Below are positions 10,357 through 25,302 of a stretch of DNA of 64,000 bases, piece by piece. A program made the position numbers and the translations under genes. The stretch's first letter is position 1; each line of letters starts with the position of its first letter. Source of the DNA: an uncultured Spirochaetaceae bacterium (lineage in GTDB: Bacteria > Myxococcota_A > UBA9160 > UBA4427); assembly GCA_964488255.1 (NCBI GenBank), contig CAZAUR010000015.1, positions 6,598-70,597 on the forward strand, given 5' to 3'. The notes beneath the pieces were generated by a model. It ran no database searches. It saw nothing but the letters and a program-made list of their open reading frames with translations, and was not told the origin of the DNA.

Positions 10357-11069
10357 TGGCGGCCCCGCGCGGACGCAGCGCGCTCCGACCGAGGGGCGTC
10401 GTGCGCGCGGTGGGGCGTCTGATCGGCCTCGTGGTGATCGGATTCACGGTCGGCCTCGTGTTCGGGCTCGTGACCGAAGAGCCGGAGCTCCTGGCGCGAC
10501 ACCTGGGCGGCGAGAGCGAGGCGGTCGCCCTGCGCGAGGCGGACGCGAGCGCCGATCCGGAGACCGGCGCGTCGGAAGCGGCGCCGGCGGAGTACACGGC
10601 CGCGGCGACCTCGACGCGCCCGCTCGTCGAGCCCATGGAGCGGGAGAACACACAAGCGCTTCCGACGGTCGCCGCGCAGCCGGAGCCGAGCCCGGCGGCG
10701 GCATCTCCGAGTGCCGCCGCCGTGCGCGAGGCGCCGGTCGCCGCGCGGGTCGAAGCGCCCGCGAGCGCGCGCGAGTCCGCGGCACGATCGACCACCGACG
10801 AGTCCGCCGCTCCGCGCGCGATCAACACGCGCCCCTGGGCGATCCAGGTGGGCGCCTTCTCCGAGCGCCGCGCCGCTCGCCGACTCGCGGAAGCGCTGCG
10901 CGACGAGTACCCGGTCGAAGTCCTGCCCGCGCGCCGCGAAGGCGGCCGCTGGCGCGTCCGGGTCCAGCCGATCGAGAGCGAGGCCAGGGCACGATCCCTG
11001 GCCGAAACGCTCAAGCGTGAGGAGAGTCTGCCGACCTGGGTGACACCCATGGAGGGACGCGCAGGCTGA
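10353..11069 (+). CDS. SPOR domain-containing membrane protein
   Basis: N-terminal TM segment, Ala/Pro-rich linker, and a C-terminal SPOR-like repeat (PWAIQVGAFSERRAARRLAEALRDEYPVEVLP...RWRVRVQPIESEARARSLAETLK). Confidence 0.75.
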   Translation: MMAAPRGRSALRPRGVVRAVGRLIGLVVIGFTVGLVFGLVTEEPELLARHLGGESEAVALREADASADPETGASEAAPAEYTAAATSTRPLVEPMERENTQALPTVAAQPEPSPAAASPSAAAVREAPVAARVEAPASARESAARSTTDESAAPRAINTRPWAIQVGAFSERRAARRLAEALRDEYPVEVLPARREGGRWRVRVQPIESEARARSLAETLKREESLPTWVTPMEGRAG

Positions 11070-12108
11070 TGGCCGATTCCTCGGACGAGCAGACACTGAA
11101 GGCACCGCGACGGATCGGGGTCCTCGGTGCGAGCGGACAATTGGGCCGCTGCCTCGTTCGGCAGATCGAGTCGGCGCCGGATCTCGCGCTCGCCTTCGCG
11201 CTCACCCGCGCCGAGCTCGACCTCTCGGACGAGGCGGGGTTGGCCGCCGGGATCTCAGAGGTGCTCGATGCCGCCGGAGAGGCCGCGCCCGAGGTGGTGG
11301 TGAACGCCGCGGCGTTCACCAAAGTCGATGCGTGCGAGACCGAGCAGGCCCTGGCCTATCAAACGAACGCGCTGGCGCCCGGGGAGTGGGCGCGCCAGCT
11401 GGCCGAGCGCTCCCTTCGATTCATCCACGTCTCGACCGACTACGTGTTCCCGGGCGACGGCACGATCCCGTACCGCGAGGGCGACGCCACCGAGCCGCGG
11501 ACCGTCTACGGCGCGAGCAAACGCGCCGGGGAGGTCGCCGTCCTCGGGAACGCCCCGGACGCCCTCATCGTGCGCACGAGCTGGGTCTTCGGCCCGGGGC
11601 GCAACTTCCCCCTCGCGATCCTCGACCAGGCGCAGAAGCGCCGGGATGGCGAGGTCGAGGGACCGCTCACGGTGGTCGAGGACCAGCGCGGCGCGCCGAC
11701 CTTCGCGGAGGATCTGGCGTTCGCGCTCCTCGCGATCGCGCGTCAGAGCGACGAGGAGTGGGGCGGGGGACTCCTCCACCTGCGCAATGGCGGTGAGACG
11801 ACCTGGTTCGAGTTCGCGCGGGAGATCCTTCACCAGACCGGGTTCGAGGGCATCGCGATCGAGCCCATCTCGACCGAGACCCTCGGACTGCCGGCCGCCC
11901 GGCCCGCCTTCTCCGTCCTGGACTGCAGCTGGGCCGAGTCCAAGGGAATCACGATGCCTTCGTGGAAGGACGCGCTCAGCCGCTATCTTGCCGGCCCCGA
12001 TTGTCCGTACGATGTGACGGTTCCCGTCACGAGCCCTTCGGAGAGCCTCCTCGAAGCGCTGCCGGACCCCACACACCCGTCCGAGTCCGACCCGAAAGGG
12101 CTCTCCCG

Positions 12109-12112
<4 letters not shown>
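11069..12112 (+). CDS. rfbD: dTDP-4-dehydrorhamnose reductase (RmlD family) with C-terminal extension
   Basis: Contains [48 protein letters not shown] and [15 protein letters not shown], matching the RmlD pattern. TGATG overlap with the upstream gene. Confidence 0.85.
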
Positions 12113-13913
<1,801 letters not shown>

Positions 13914-13914
<1 letters not shown>

Positions 13915-14768
13915 TGTCGGACGAATCGAGCGGCCTTTCCGGCGGAGAGGAAGAGCTTCCGCCGGAGGCGTCGACCGTCGACTCGATCGTCGAGCAGATG
14001 GTGACGCTCGTGATCGCCGTCGCGATCGCGCTCCTGATCCGTCAGGTCCTGATCGAGCCCTTCCGGATCCCGTCGGGCTCGATGTATCCCACGCTCCTGA
14101 TGGGCGACCACCTCTTCGTGAACAAGCTCTCCTACGGCCCGCGGATCCCGTTTACGGACCTGCGCCTGCCCGGGCTGCGTGAGCCTGAGCGCGGGGACAT
14201 CGTCGTGTTCGAGGTCGCCCGGCCGATGCAGCGGGGCAAGCCGGACACGATGGCCGTCGACCGAGCGCCCGCGGGCTCGCGCAGCGAGGACTTCGTGAAG
14301 CGGCTGGTCGGGCTGCCGGGGGACGAGATCTCCTGGCGCCATGGTCAGGTCTTCGTGAACGGTGAGCCGCTTCCGATGGCGAGGGTGCCGGGGGGTTGGA
14401 CGGACTCCGCGAGCGGCATGCACTTCGACCGGAGCGAGGAAGACCTCGGCGCGTGTCGGCACTCGGTGCTCTATCACCCAGATCCGCGGCGCGCCGCCCT
14501 CAAGCGCGGTGGGCCGATCATCGTCGAGCCCGGTCGCTACTTCATGATGGGCGACAACCGGGACAACTCGAAGGACAGCCGCGAGTGGGGCACGGTCCGT
14601 CTCGAGGAGCTCAAGGGTCCCGCCTTCATCCTCTACTGGTCCTGGGACGTGAACGGCAACATGCTCTCGTTCTTCAACCCGGTGAACTGGATCACCGCAG
14701 AGAAGCGCTGGGACCGCGTCTTCCAGGACCTGGACTGCGACCCCGTTTCCCCGGCGGCCGCCGGCTGA
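13914..14768 (+). CDS. lepB: Signal peptidase I
   Basis: GTG at 13914 shares its G with the lepA TAG. TM segment, catalytic Ser box IPSGSMYPTL, Lys box VKRLVGLPGD, and box E MGDNRDNSKDSREWG. Confidence 0.92.
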
Positions 14769-14901
14769 TCGAGGGTCGCCCGGGGGCGCCCGGCAGGGGC
14801 CGCGCAGAGGGCTGGCAAGCGGCTCCGGGTTTCGCCGATTTCCCGTCCAGGGCGGATTGAAAGGCCCGGTCGCCGCGGTACTCTCTCGCGCGATCCAGAT
14901 G

Positions 14902-14940
14902 CTCCTTTAAACCCGTCCAGTGAGTCGGGGAAGGACGAGG
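14902..14940 (+). promoter_or_regulatory. PyrR-binding-loop-like RNA hairpin overlapping the pyrR Shine-Dalgarno
   Basis: CUCCUUUAAACCCGUCCAGUGAGUCGGGGAAGGACGAGG. The lower stem UCCUU/AAGGA, the UAAA bulge, the upper stem CCC/GGG and the loop GUCCAGUGAGUC resemble the PyrR consensus (UUUAA ... RUCCAGAGAGGYU). The 3' arm contains the AAGGA/GGACGAGG SD, 5 nt before ATG 14946. Confidence 0.6.
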
Positions 14941-14945
14941 CCACG

Positions 14946-15686
14946 ATGACGCCCCCCGCCGCTTCCGGCGAGACGCCCCAGCAGGCGCTCGCTGGCGAAC
15001 CCGCACGCACGCTCCAGTCGGAGGATACGCGCACGCTCCCGCCCGAATCCGGGCGGTCCGAGCGTGTCGTCCTGGACGACGAAGCGATCCGCCGAGCGCT
15101 GATGCGCATCGCGCACGAGATCGTCGAGAGCAGCGACGGGACCGACCGGCTCTACCTCGTCGCGATCCCGAACAGCGGCGTCCCCCTCGGCCGACTCCTC
15201 GTCGACAACCTCGAGAGCCTGACCGGCGATCGCCCGCCCCTCGGCATCCTCGACACGACGCTCTACCGCGACGACCTCTCGATCCGCGGCGCCCGGCCGC
15301 AGCTCCGGAAGACCGAGATGCCTTCGTCCGTCGACGACCGCGTCGTGGTCCTCGTCGAGGACGTCGTGAGCACGGGCCGCACGATCCGGGCCGGGATGGA
15401 CGCGCTCATGGACTTCGGCCGACCGTCCCACGTCCGCGTCGTCGCCCTGGTCGACCGCGGTCACCGCGAGCTCCCGATCAAGATCGACTACGTCGGCAAG
15501 AACATCCCGACGCAGCCGGGCGACAAGGTCGTCCTTTATACAGAGGGGGAGGGGGGTGATGGCTTCGTCGCCTCGGAGGAGATCGGGGCGTTGCAGGTGT
15601 CCGTTCGCGAAGCCGACGCGGAGCCGGGGGTGTCCGTGCGCGAAGTGGATGCGGGGTCTGGTGAAGGTGGGGGGGCGAGTTCATGA
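14946..15686 (+). CDS. pyrR: Bifunctional pyrimidine regulatory protein PyrR / uracil phosphoribosyltransferase, with N- and C-terminal extensions
   Basis: Core sequence: [14 protein letters not shown]...[12 protein letters not shown]...[21 protein letters not shown]...[26 protein letters not shown] (PRPP motif). Confidence 0.9.
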   Translation: MTPPAASGETPQQALAGEPARTLQSEDTRTLPPESGRSERVVLDDEAIRRALMRIAHEIVESSDGTDRLYLVAIPNSGVPLGRLLVDNLESLTGDRPPLGILDTTLYRDDLSIRGARPQLRKTEMPSSVDDRVVVLVEDVVSTGRTIRAGMDALMDFGRPSHVRVVALVDRGHRELPIKIDYVGKNIPTQPGDKVVLYTEGEGGDGFVASEEIGALQVSVREADAEPGVSVREVDAGSGEGGGASS

Positions 15687-16609
15687 TCGGGCGAGACATC
15701 CTCGGGATCGAAGACCTGTCCCGGGAAGACATCGAGACGATCCTCGAGACCGCCGAGCGCATGCAGGAGATCGGCGCGCGCGAGGTCAAGAAGGTGCCGA
15801 CCCTGCGCGGTCGGACCCAGATCAATCTCTTCTTCGAGCCGTCGACCCGCACGCAGACGAGCTTCGAGATCGCCGGCAAGCGGCTCGCTGCGGACGTCGT
15901 CAACTTCAGCGTCTCGAGCTCGAGCGTGACGAAACGGGAGACGCTGCTCGATACGGCCAAGACCCTCGACGCGATGGATCCCGACGTCGTCGTGGTGCGT
16001 CACAAGGTCGCCGGCGTGCCCCATCGTCTCGCGGAGGTGCTCCAGGCGCCGGTGATCAACGCCGGCGACGGTGCCCACGAACATCCATCGCAGGCGCTCC
16101 TCGACATGCTGACCGTGCGCGAGGAGAAGGGGCACATCGAGGGGCTCACGGTCACGATCGTCGGTGACATTGCCCATAGCCGCGTCGCCCGCTCGAACAT
16201 CTACGGCTTCCGCAAGCTCGGCGCAGAGGTCCGGGTCGCCGGTCCGCCGACGATGCTCCCCGCGGAGATCGAGCAGCTCGGCGTGAAGGCGTACACGAAC
16301 CTGCGCGAGGCGATCGAAGGCGCGGACGTCGTGATGGCCCTTCGGATCCAGATGGAGCGCCTCGAGGGCGCGTGCTTCCCGAGCGTGCGCGAGTACGCGG
16401 CGACCTTCGGCCTCGATCGCGCCAAGCTGCGCTTCGCGAAGGAGGACGCGATCGTCATGCACCCGGGACCGGTGAACCGCGGCGTCGAGCTCGCGCACGA
16501 GCTCGCGGACCACCGCCCGAGCGTGATCCTCGACCAGGTGCGCAACGGCGTCGCGCTGCGCATGGCGCTCCTCTACCTCGTGTCCGGTCGGGGAGGCGCG
16601 TCGGCATGA
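15683..16609 (+). CDS. pyrB: Aspartate carbamoyltransferase catalytic subunit
   Basis: Contains [24 protein letters not shown] and HPGPVNRG; ATGA overlap with pyrR. Confidence 0.95.
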   Translation: MIGRDILGIEDLSREDIETILETAERMQEIGAREVKKVPTLRGRTQINLFFEPSTRTQTSFEIAGKRLAADVVNFSVSSSSVTKRETLLDTAKTLDAMDPDVVVVRHKVAGVPHRLAEVLQAPVINAGDGAHEHPSQALLDMLTVREEKGHIEGLTVTIVGDIAHSRVARSNIYGFRKLGAEVRVAGPPTMLPAEIEQLGVKAYTNLREAIEGADVVMALRIQMERLEGACFPSVREYAATFGLDRAKLRFAKEDAIVMHPGPVNRGVELAHELADHRPSVILDQVRNGVALRMALLYLVSGRGGASA

Positions 16610-17919
16610 GTCGCATGATCGTCCGCAACGGACGCCTGCTCGACCCGAGTCGAGACCTCGATCTCGGGGCCGGCAGCGCTTCGCTCCTGATCGAAGACGG
16701 CCGGATCGTGGCCCTCGCCACGGACGGGGAGGCGATCCCGGAAGAGGGCGCCGAGGTCGTCGACGCGGAGGGGGCGTGGATCGTGCCCGGTCTCGTCGAC
16801 GTGCACGCGCACCTGCGCGAGCCCGGGCAGGAGTACAAGGAAGACCTCGCGAGCGGCGGGACCGCCGCGGTCGCCGGTGGCTTCACCCAGGTCGCCTGCA
16901 TGGCGAACACCGATCCGGTGAACGACGACCCGTCGGTCACGAAGTACATCCTCGACCGCGCCGAGAAGGAGTCGCCCGCGAAGATCCGCGTGATCGCCGC
17001 GGCGACCCGCGGTCTGCGAGGCGAGGTCATGACCGAGATGATGGCCCTGCGCGAGGCCGGGGCGATCGCCTTCAGCGACGACGGCGCGACGATCATGGAT
17101 GCCGGCGTGATGCGCCGGGTCCTCGAGTATTCGAAGATGGCCAATGCACCGGTTGTCGTGCACGCCGAGGACTGCGCGCTCCGCGCCGGCGGCGTCGTGA
17201 ACGAGGGGTCGGTCGCGACGCGACTGGGTCTGCCCGGGAACCCGGCGGCTGCCGAGGAGATCATGGTCGCGCGGGACATCCGTCTCGCGTCGCTCACCGG
17301 GGCCCATCTCCACGTCGCGCACGTCTCCACCGCGGGCGCGGTCCACATGATCCGCAAGGCGCGCGACGCCGGGCTGCGAGTGACGGCGGAAGTCACGCCC
17401 CATCACCTCACCTTGACCGACGAAGCGACCGAGGGCTTCGACACGAGCACCCGGGTCGCGCCGCCGCTGCGCTCCGCGGCGGACATCGAGAGCCTCCGGG
17501 CCGGCCTCGCCGAGGGCGTGATCGACGTGATCGCGACGGACCATGCCCCGCACGCGACCTATGAAAAAGAAGTCGAGTTCACCGAGGCGCCCCCCGGCAT
17601 GCTCGGTCTCGAGACGGCCGTCTCGGTCAGCCTCGCGCTCGTGCGCGACAACACGCTCTCGCCCCTCGAGTTCGTGCGGCGAATGTCGACGAACGGCGCG
17701 AAGGTCCTCGGTCTCGAGGGCGGCACGTTCCGCGAAGGCGCCCCCGGCGACGTCGCGCTGATCGACCCCGAACGCGAGTGGACCTACGACCCCGCGCAGG
17801 GCTTCTCCAAGAGCCGCAACTCACCCTGGGCGGGCGAACGATTCACTGGCCGCGTGACGGCGACGATCGTCGACGGCCGCCTCGTCTACCACATCGACCG
17901 TGGAGTCCTGATCCGATGA
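16606..17919 (+). CDS. pyrC: Dihydroorotase (pyrC' / allantoinase-like class)
   Basis: Internal ATG of track ORF 16372..17919, overlapping the pyrB TGA. Contains [14 protein letters not shown] and VIATDHAPH metal-ligand motifs. Confidence 0.92.
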   Translation: MSRMIVRNGRLLDPSRDLDLGAGSASLLIEDGRIVALATDGEAIPEEGAEVVDAEGAWIVPGLVDVHAHLREPGQEYKEDLASGGTAAVAGGFTQVACMANTDPVNDDPSVTKYILDRAEKESPAKIRVIAAATRGLRGEVMTEMMALREAGAIAFSDDGATIMDAGVMRRVLEYSKMANAPVVVHAEDCALRAGGVVNEGSVATRLGLPGNPAAAEEIMVARDIRLASLTGAHLHVAHVSTAGAVHMIRKARDAGLRVTAEVTPHHLTLTDEATEGFDTSTRVAPPLRSAADIESLRAGLAEGVIDVIATDHAPHATYEKEVEFTEAPPGMLGLETAVSVSLALVRDNTLSPLEFVRRMSTNGAKVLGLEGGTFREGAPGDVALIDPEREWTYDPAQGFSKSRNSPWAGERFTGRVTATIVDGRLVYHIDRGVLIR

Positions 17920-19160
17920 CATCGCCTGCATCTTCCCTGACGGTCGACGATCTGCTGGGTCGCGAGTCTCGGCCGGCCGCGCTCGCCCTCGCCGACGGGA
18001 CGATCCATCGCGGACGCGCCTTCGGCGCGCGCACGGTCACCAGTGGCGAGGTCGTCTTCAACACGAGCATCACCGGCTACCAGGAGATCGCGACCGATCC
18101 GTCCTACGCGGGGCAGATCGTGACGATGACCTACACGCAGATCGGCAACGTCGGCGTGAACGAGATGGACGACGAGGCGCGGCAGCCCTTCCTGTCGGGT
18201 TTCGTCGTGAAGGAGCTCTTCGACACGCCCTCGAACTACCGGTCCCAGGGCGACCTCGACGCGAAGCTGTCGGAGGCCGAGATCCCGGGTCTCGCCGGGA
18301 TCGACACTCGCGCGTTGGTGCGGCGGATCCGGGACGGGGGGGCGCAGGTCGGCGTGCTCTCGACCGACCCGGACGTGCAGGACGCGGCGGAGCTCGTCGA
18401 GCGCGCACGCAAGGCGCCCGGGCTCGACGGCGTCGACTGGGTCGCGAACGTCACGACGCCCGAGCGCTACGACTTCGCCGAGGGCGCCTGGGCCGGCGTC
18501 GACGGACAGCTGCCGCGAGCCGAGCGGCCGGACAAGCTCCTCAAGATCGTCGCCTACGACTTCGGGGTGAAGCGGAACATCCTGCGGTTGCTGGTCGAGC
18601 AGGGCTTCGACGTGACCGTCGTTCCGGCCACCACGCCGGCCGCGGAGGTGCTCGCGTTGAACCCGGACGGCATCTTCCTCTCGAACGGTCCGGGTGATCC
18701 GGCGGCGGTCGAGGGCGTCCAGCCGATCGTGCGAGAGCTCGCGCAGCAGAAGCCGGTCTTCGGCATCTGTCTCGGGCATCAGATTCTCGGGCTCGCCCTC
18801 GGCGGCAGCACGCGCAAGCTCAAGTTCGGGCATCACGGCGGCAACCAGCCGGGCAAGGACCTCGCGACGGGCAAGGTCGCGATCTGCGCCGAGAACCACG
18901 GCTACGCGGTCGAGGCCGAGAGCCTTCGCGCGGCCGGCGAACCCGTCACGATCACGCACATCAACCTGAACGACGAGACCGTCGAGGGGCTGGCCCACGA
19001 GGCGAAGCCGCTCTTCTCGGTCCAGTACCACCCCGAGGCCTCGCCGGGCCCGCACGACGCCGCCTACTTCTTCACACGCTTCCGCGAGATGGTGGAGCGG
19101 AGCGCCGCCGGTGAGAACGTGACCGGCGCACAGATCTGCGGCGCCGCGTCCGCCGCCTGA
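17916..19160 (+). CDS. carA: Carbamoyl-phosphate synthase small (glutaminase) subunit
   Basis: Internal ATG overlapping the pyrC TGA. Contains [33 protein letters not shown] (catalytic Cys) and [12 protein letters not shown]. Confidence 0.95.
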   Translation: MTSPASSLTVDDLLGRESRPAALALADGTIHRGRAFGARTVTSGEVVFNTSITGYQEIATDPSYAGQIVTMTYTQIGNVGVNEMDDEARQPFLSGFVVKELFDTPSNYRSQGDLDAKLSEAEIPGLAGIDTRALVRRIRDGGAQVGVLSTDPDVQDAAELVERARKAPGLDGVDWVANVTTPERYDFAEGAWAGVDGQLPRAERPDKLLKIVAYDFGVKRNILRLLVEQGFDVTVVPATTPAAEVLALNPDGIFLSNGPGDPAAVEGVQPIVRELAQQKPVFGICLGHQILGLALGGSTRKLKFGHHGGNQPGKDLATGKVAICAENHGYAVEAESLRAAGEPVTITHINLNDETVEGLAHEAKPLFSVQYHPEASPGPHDAAYFFTRFREMVERSAAGENVTGAQICGAASAA

Positions 19161-19220
19161 ATCGAATCGCAATCGCGCCTCCTCTCCAGATCGAGAGGTG
19201 GAGCGTCCATCGGAGTCCAC

Positions 19221-22442
<3,222 letters not shown>

Positions 22443-22517
22443 GCAGCGGTCGCTGGATTCGCTTTTTCTTCGCCTCGCTTGTACTCTGGGCGCGTCCTCC
22501 CCGGAGCCCGCTCGTCG

Positions 22518-24974
22518 ATGTCCGAGACCCTGCATGACCAGATCGAGGCGCTGCACGGTGCGGTCGTAGCGCTCGGGCGGGCGGAGGAGCGCGCGGATGC
22601 GGAACGGCCGGCCGCGCCGGACGCGGAAGAGGCAGCGGCGAAGCGACTCGGGCAGGTGCTCGGACGTTCGCTGCCGAAGGAGCTGCGGGCACGGCTCCAG
22701 AAGGTCGAGACGAGGCTCGCGGCCCGGAAGCCCGGCAAGCCGCGCAAGGATGCCGGTCGTGAGCTGCTCGAGCTCGTCGATCCGCTCGGACGCGCTGGCT
22801 GGGCGGACGAGCTGCTCGGCAAATCCTTGGCGGCGCTGCCCGGGGTCGGCCCGAAGAAGGCCGAAGGCTTCGCGCGCCGCGGCCTCGAACGCGTGAGCGA
22901 TCTGCTCTTCTGGCTGCCGGCGCGCTACGAGGATCGCCGGCAGGTGCTCTCGGTCGGGGACCTGAAGGTCGGTCAGACCGCGACCTTCGTGGCCGAGGTG
23001 AAGGTCGTCGACTGGGTGCCGACCCGGCGCGGTGGACGCTTCGGGAAGATCTTCCAGGCCGTCGTGGGCGACGACGACGCGATCGTGACGCTGAAGTGGT
23101 TCCGGGGAGGGGAGTCGATCGCGAACTCCGTGAGGAAGGGCCGCCGATTGCTCGTGAGTGGCGAGGTCAAGCGCTACCGCTTCTCGAAGGAGCTCGTGCA
23201 TCCGGACGTCGAGGTCCTGAAGGACGCGACGGACGCCGCCGAGGAAGGCGAGACGCCGAAGCCGACGAAGCCGGAGACGCGCGGCGACGACGACGCGCTC
23301 GGGCGGGTCGTGCCGGTCTATGCGGCGCCGGAGGGCATGAACCCGCGGACCCTGCGCCGGTTGATCGGTCAAGCCGTCGACGCCTACAGCGATCTCGTCC
23401 AGGGCCACCTCCCGTCGGACGTCGTCGACGCACGGGGACTCCCGAGCGTCGCGGTCGCGCTGCGGGCACTCCATCGCCCCGAGTCGGACGTCGACGTCGA
23501 GCAGTATGCGGCCTTCGCGTCTCCGGCCCACGAACGATTGGTGATGGAAGAGCTGTACCTGCTCGAGCTCGGCCTCGCGATGCGGCGGGCGAAGACGAGT
23601 CGACGGCCCGGAGTGGCGATCGATTCGGAGCGTCCCGAGTCGCGAACGGCGGCGAAGGCGCTGCCGTGGAAGCTCACCGGAGCGCAGCGGCGCGTCATCG
23701 GCGAGATCCTCGGCGATCTCGGCCGGCCGCATCCGATGAACAGGCTCGTGCAGGGCGACGTTGGCAGCGGCAAGACGGCGGTCGCCATGTTGTCGGCCGT
23801 CGCGGTCGCGGCTTGCGGCGGTCAGACCGCGCTGATGGCTCCGACCGAGCTCCTCGCCGAGCAGCACTACCGGACGCTCACCAAGATGGTCGAGAGCGGG
23901 GGCGGGGCGATCCCGCTCCGCGTCGGGTTGTTGACGGCGTCGCTCCCGCGCGCGGAGATCAAGCAGGTGAGAGGCCTGCTCGCGATGGGAGAGATGGACC
24001 TCGTAGTCGGGACCCATGCGCTGGTCGCCGGCGAGATCGCCTTCAAGGACCTCGTCCTCTCGATCGTCGACGAGCAACACCGATTCGGTGTGATGCAGCG
24101 CGCCGCGCTGTCGTCGGCCCGCCCCGACGGACGCTTCCCCCATCGCATGGTCATGACCGCCACGCCGATCCCGCGGAGCCTCGCGATGACGTTGTATGGC
24201 GAGCTCGATCTCTCCGTGATCGACGAGCTGCCGCCGGGTCGCAAGCCGATCGAGACGATCCTGCTGCGTTCGGGGGAGGGGCAGCGCGTGATGGACCTGA
24301 TCCGCGAGACCCTCGACCGGAACGAGCAGGTCTACGTCGTCTATCCGCTCGTCGAGGAGAGCGAGAAGATGGATCTGCGCTCGGCGATCGACTCCGCCGA
24401 GTCGATCGGCCGCGCGTTCCCGAGCCATCGCATCGACCTGGTCCACGGCCGTCTCGACGCCGCGGAGCGTCACGCGGCGATGGAGCGCTTCGCGACCGGC
24501 GGGTCGTCGATTCTGGTCGCCACGACGGTGATCGAAGTGGGCGTCGATGTGCCCCAGGCGACCCTCATGGTGATCGAGCACGCCGAGCGCTTCGGGCTGG
24601 CTCAGCTCCACCAGCTGCGCGGACGCGTGGGCCGGGGCGGGGCCAAGGGCCGTTGTGTGCTCGTCGCTCGGGGGAGCAGCGAGAAGAGCGAGCAGCGCCT
24701 GCGCGCGATGACCCGGACGACGGACGGCTTCAAGATCGCGGATGCGGACCTCGACATCCGGGGCCCCGGCGACTTCCTGGGCACCCGCCAGAGCGGCCAC
24801 ATGCCCGAGCTGCGAATCGCGGACCTGCTCCGGGACACGCTGCTCGTCGCGACCGCGCGGAACATCGCGCGGCGCGAGGTCGACGGGGACCCGACACTCC
24901 AGCGTGTCCCGGCGACGCGGCGGGCGGTGCGCGAGCGTTGGGGGAGTCGGATCGATCTGTCGGGGGTGGGCTGA
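22518..24974 (+). CDS. recG: ATP-dependent DNA helicase RecG
   Basis: Wedge/OB region, then helicase motifs: LVQGDVGSGKTAV (motif I), VDEQHRFG (DEQH box), TATPIPR, and VEHAERFGLAQLHQLRGRVGRG. The start is ambiguous: ATG 22518 is used, and an in-frame TTG lies at 22479. Confidence 0.93.
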   Translation: MSETLHDQIEALHGAVVALGRAEERADAERPAAPDAEEAAAKRLGQVLGRSLPKELRARLQKVETRLAARKPGKPRKDAGRELLELVDPLGRAGWADELLGKSLAALPGVGPKKAEGFARRGLERVSDLLFWLPARYEDRRQVLSVGDLKVGQTATFVAEVKVVDWVPTRRGGRFGKIFQAVVGDDDAIVTLKWFRGGESIANSVRKGRRLLVSGEVKRYRFSKELVHPDVEVLKDATDAAEEGETPKPTKPETRGDDDALGRVVPVYAAPEGMNPRTLRRLIGQAVDAYSDLVQGHLPSDVVDARGLPSVAVALRALHRPESDVDVEQYAAFASPAHERLVMEELYLLELGLAMRRAKTSRRPGVAIDSERPESRTAAKALPWKLTGAQRRVIGEILGDLGRPHPMNRLVQGDVGSGKTAVAMLSAVAVAACGGQTALMAPTELLAEQHYRTLTKMVESGGGAIPLRVGLLTASLPRAEIKQVRGLLAMGEMDLVVGTHALVAGEIAFKDLVLSIVDEQHRFGVMQRAALSSARPDGRFPHRMVMTATPIPRSLAMTLYGELDLSVIDELPPGRKPIETILLRSGEGQRVMDLIRETLDRNEQVYVVYPLVEESEKMDLRSAIDSAESIGRAFPSHRIDLVHGRLDAAERHAAMERFATGGSSILVATTVIEVGVDVPQATLMVIEHAERFGLAQLHQLRGRVGRGGAKGRCVLVARGSSEKSEQRLRAMTRTTDGFKIADADLDIRGPGDFLGTRQSGHMPELRIADLLRDTLLVATARNIARREVDGDPTLQRVPATRRAVRERWGSRIDLSGVG

Positions 24975-25033
24975 GTCGCGCCTCAGACGCTCAAGCTTGA
25001 CGCTCGTCCGGCCGTTCCCTAATAACAGCCGCC

Positions 25034-25120
25034 ATGAACGAGTTCACGAACCACGCCAGCCGCAGCCTTCTCGGGCTCCTCGCGCTCCTGCTCCTTATCG
25101 GGGCGGGCGGGGCTGCCTAG
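25034..25120 (+). CDS. Candidate Leu-rich leader peptide upstream of leuA (28 codons, not in track)
   Basis: Hand translation gives MNEFTNHASRSLLGLLALLLLIGAGGAA, then TAG. Eight of ten consecutive residues (12-21) are Leu. It lies between recG and leuA, 27 nt before a strong hairpin. No obvious SD precedes it. Confidence 0.35.
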   Translation: MNEFTNHASRSLLGLLALLLLIGAGGAA

Positions 25121-25147
25121 CGTCTGGCTGAACCAGAAGGTTCGAGA

Positions 25148-25194
25148 ACGACGAAGCCCCTCCCGCCTGACCGGCCGGAGGGGCTTCGTCGTTT
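25148..25194 (+). terminator. Perfect 16-bp stem-loop (terminator or attenuator candidate)
   Basis: ACGACGAAGCCCCTCC (25148-25163), a 13-nt loop, then GGAGGGGCTTCGTCGT (25177-25192), followed by TT. The U-tract is short, as is common in high-GC genomes. Confidence 0.6.
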
Positions 25195-25302
25195 CCGATC
25201 TCTGTCTTCGCGCTGACGGGCGCGAGGACGGGGCGATCGACGAAGCCAGCGCGAATCGCGCGCTCTCCGACCGGCCAGGCAGGGCGGGACAGGAGAGGAA
25301 CG

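Noticed and set aside
23096-25000. 634-aa plus-strand ORF overlapping recG in another frame
   Set aside because: Arg/Gly/Pro/Asp-rich with no motifs; the recG frame carries all helicase motifs.
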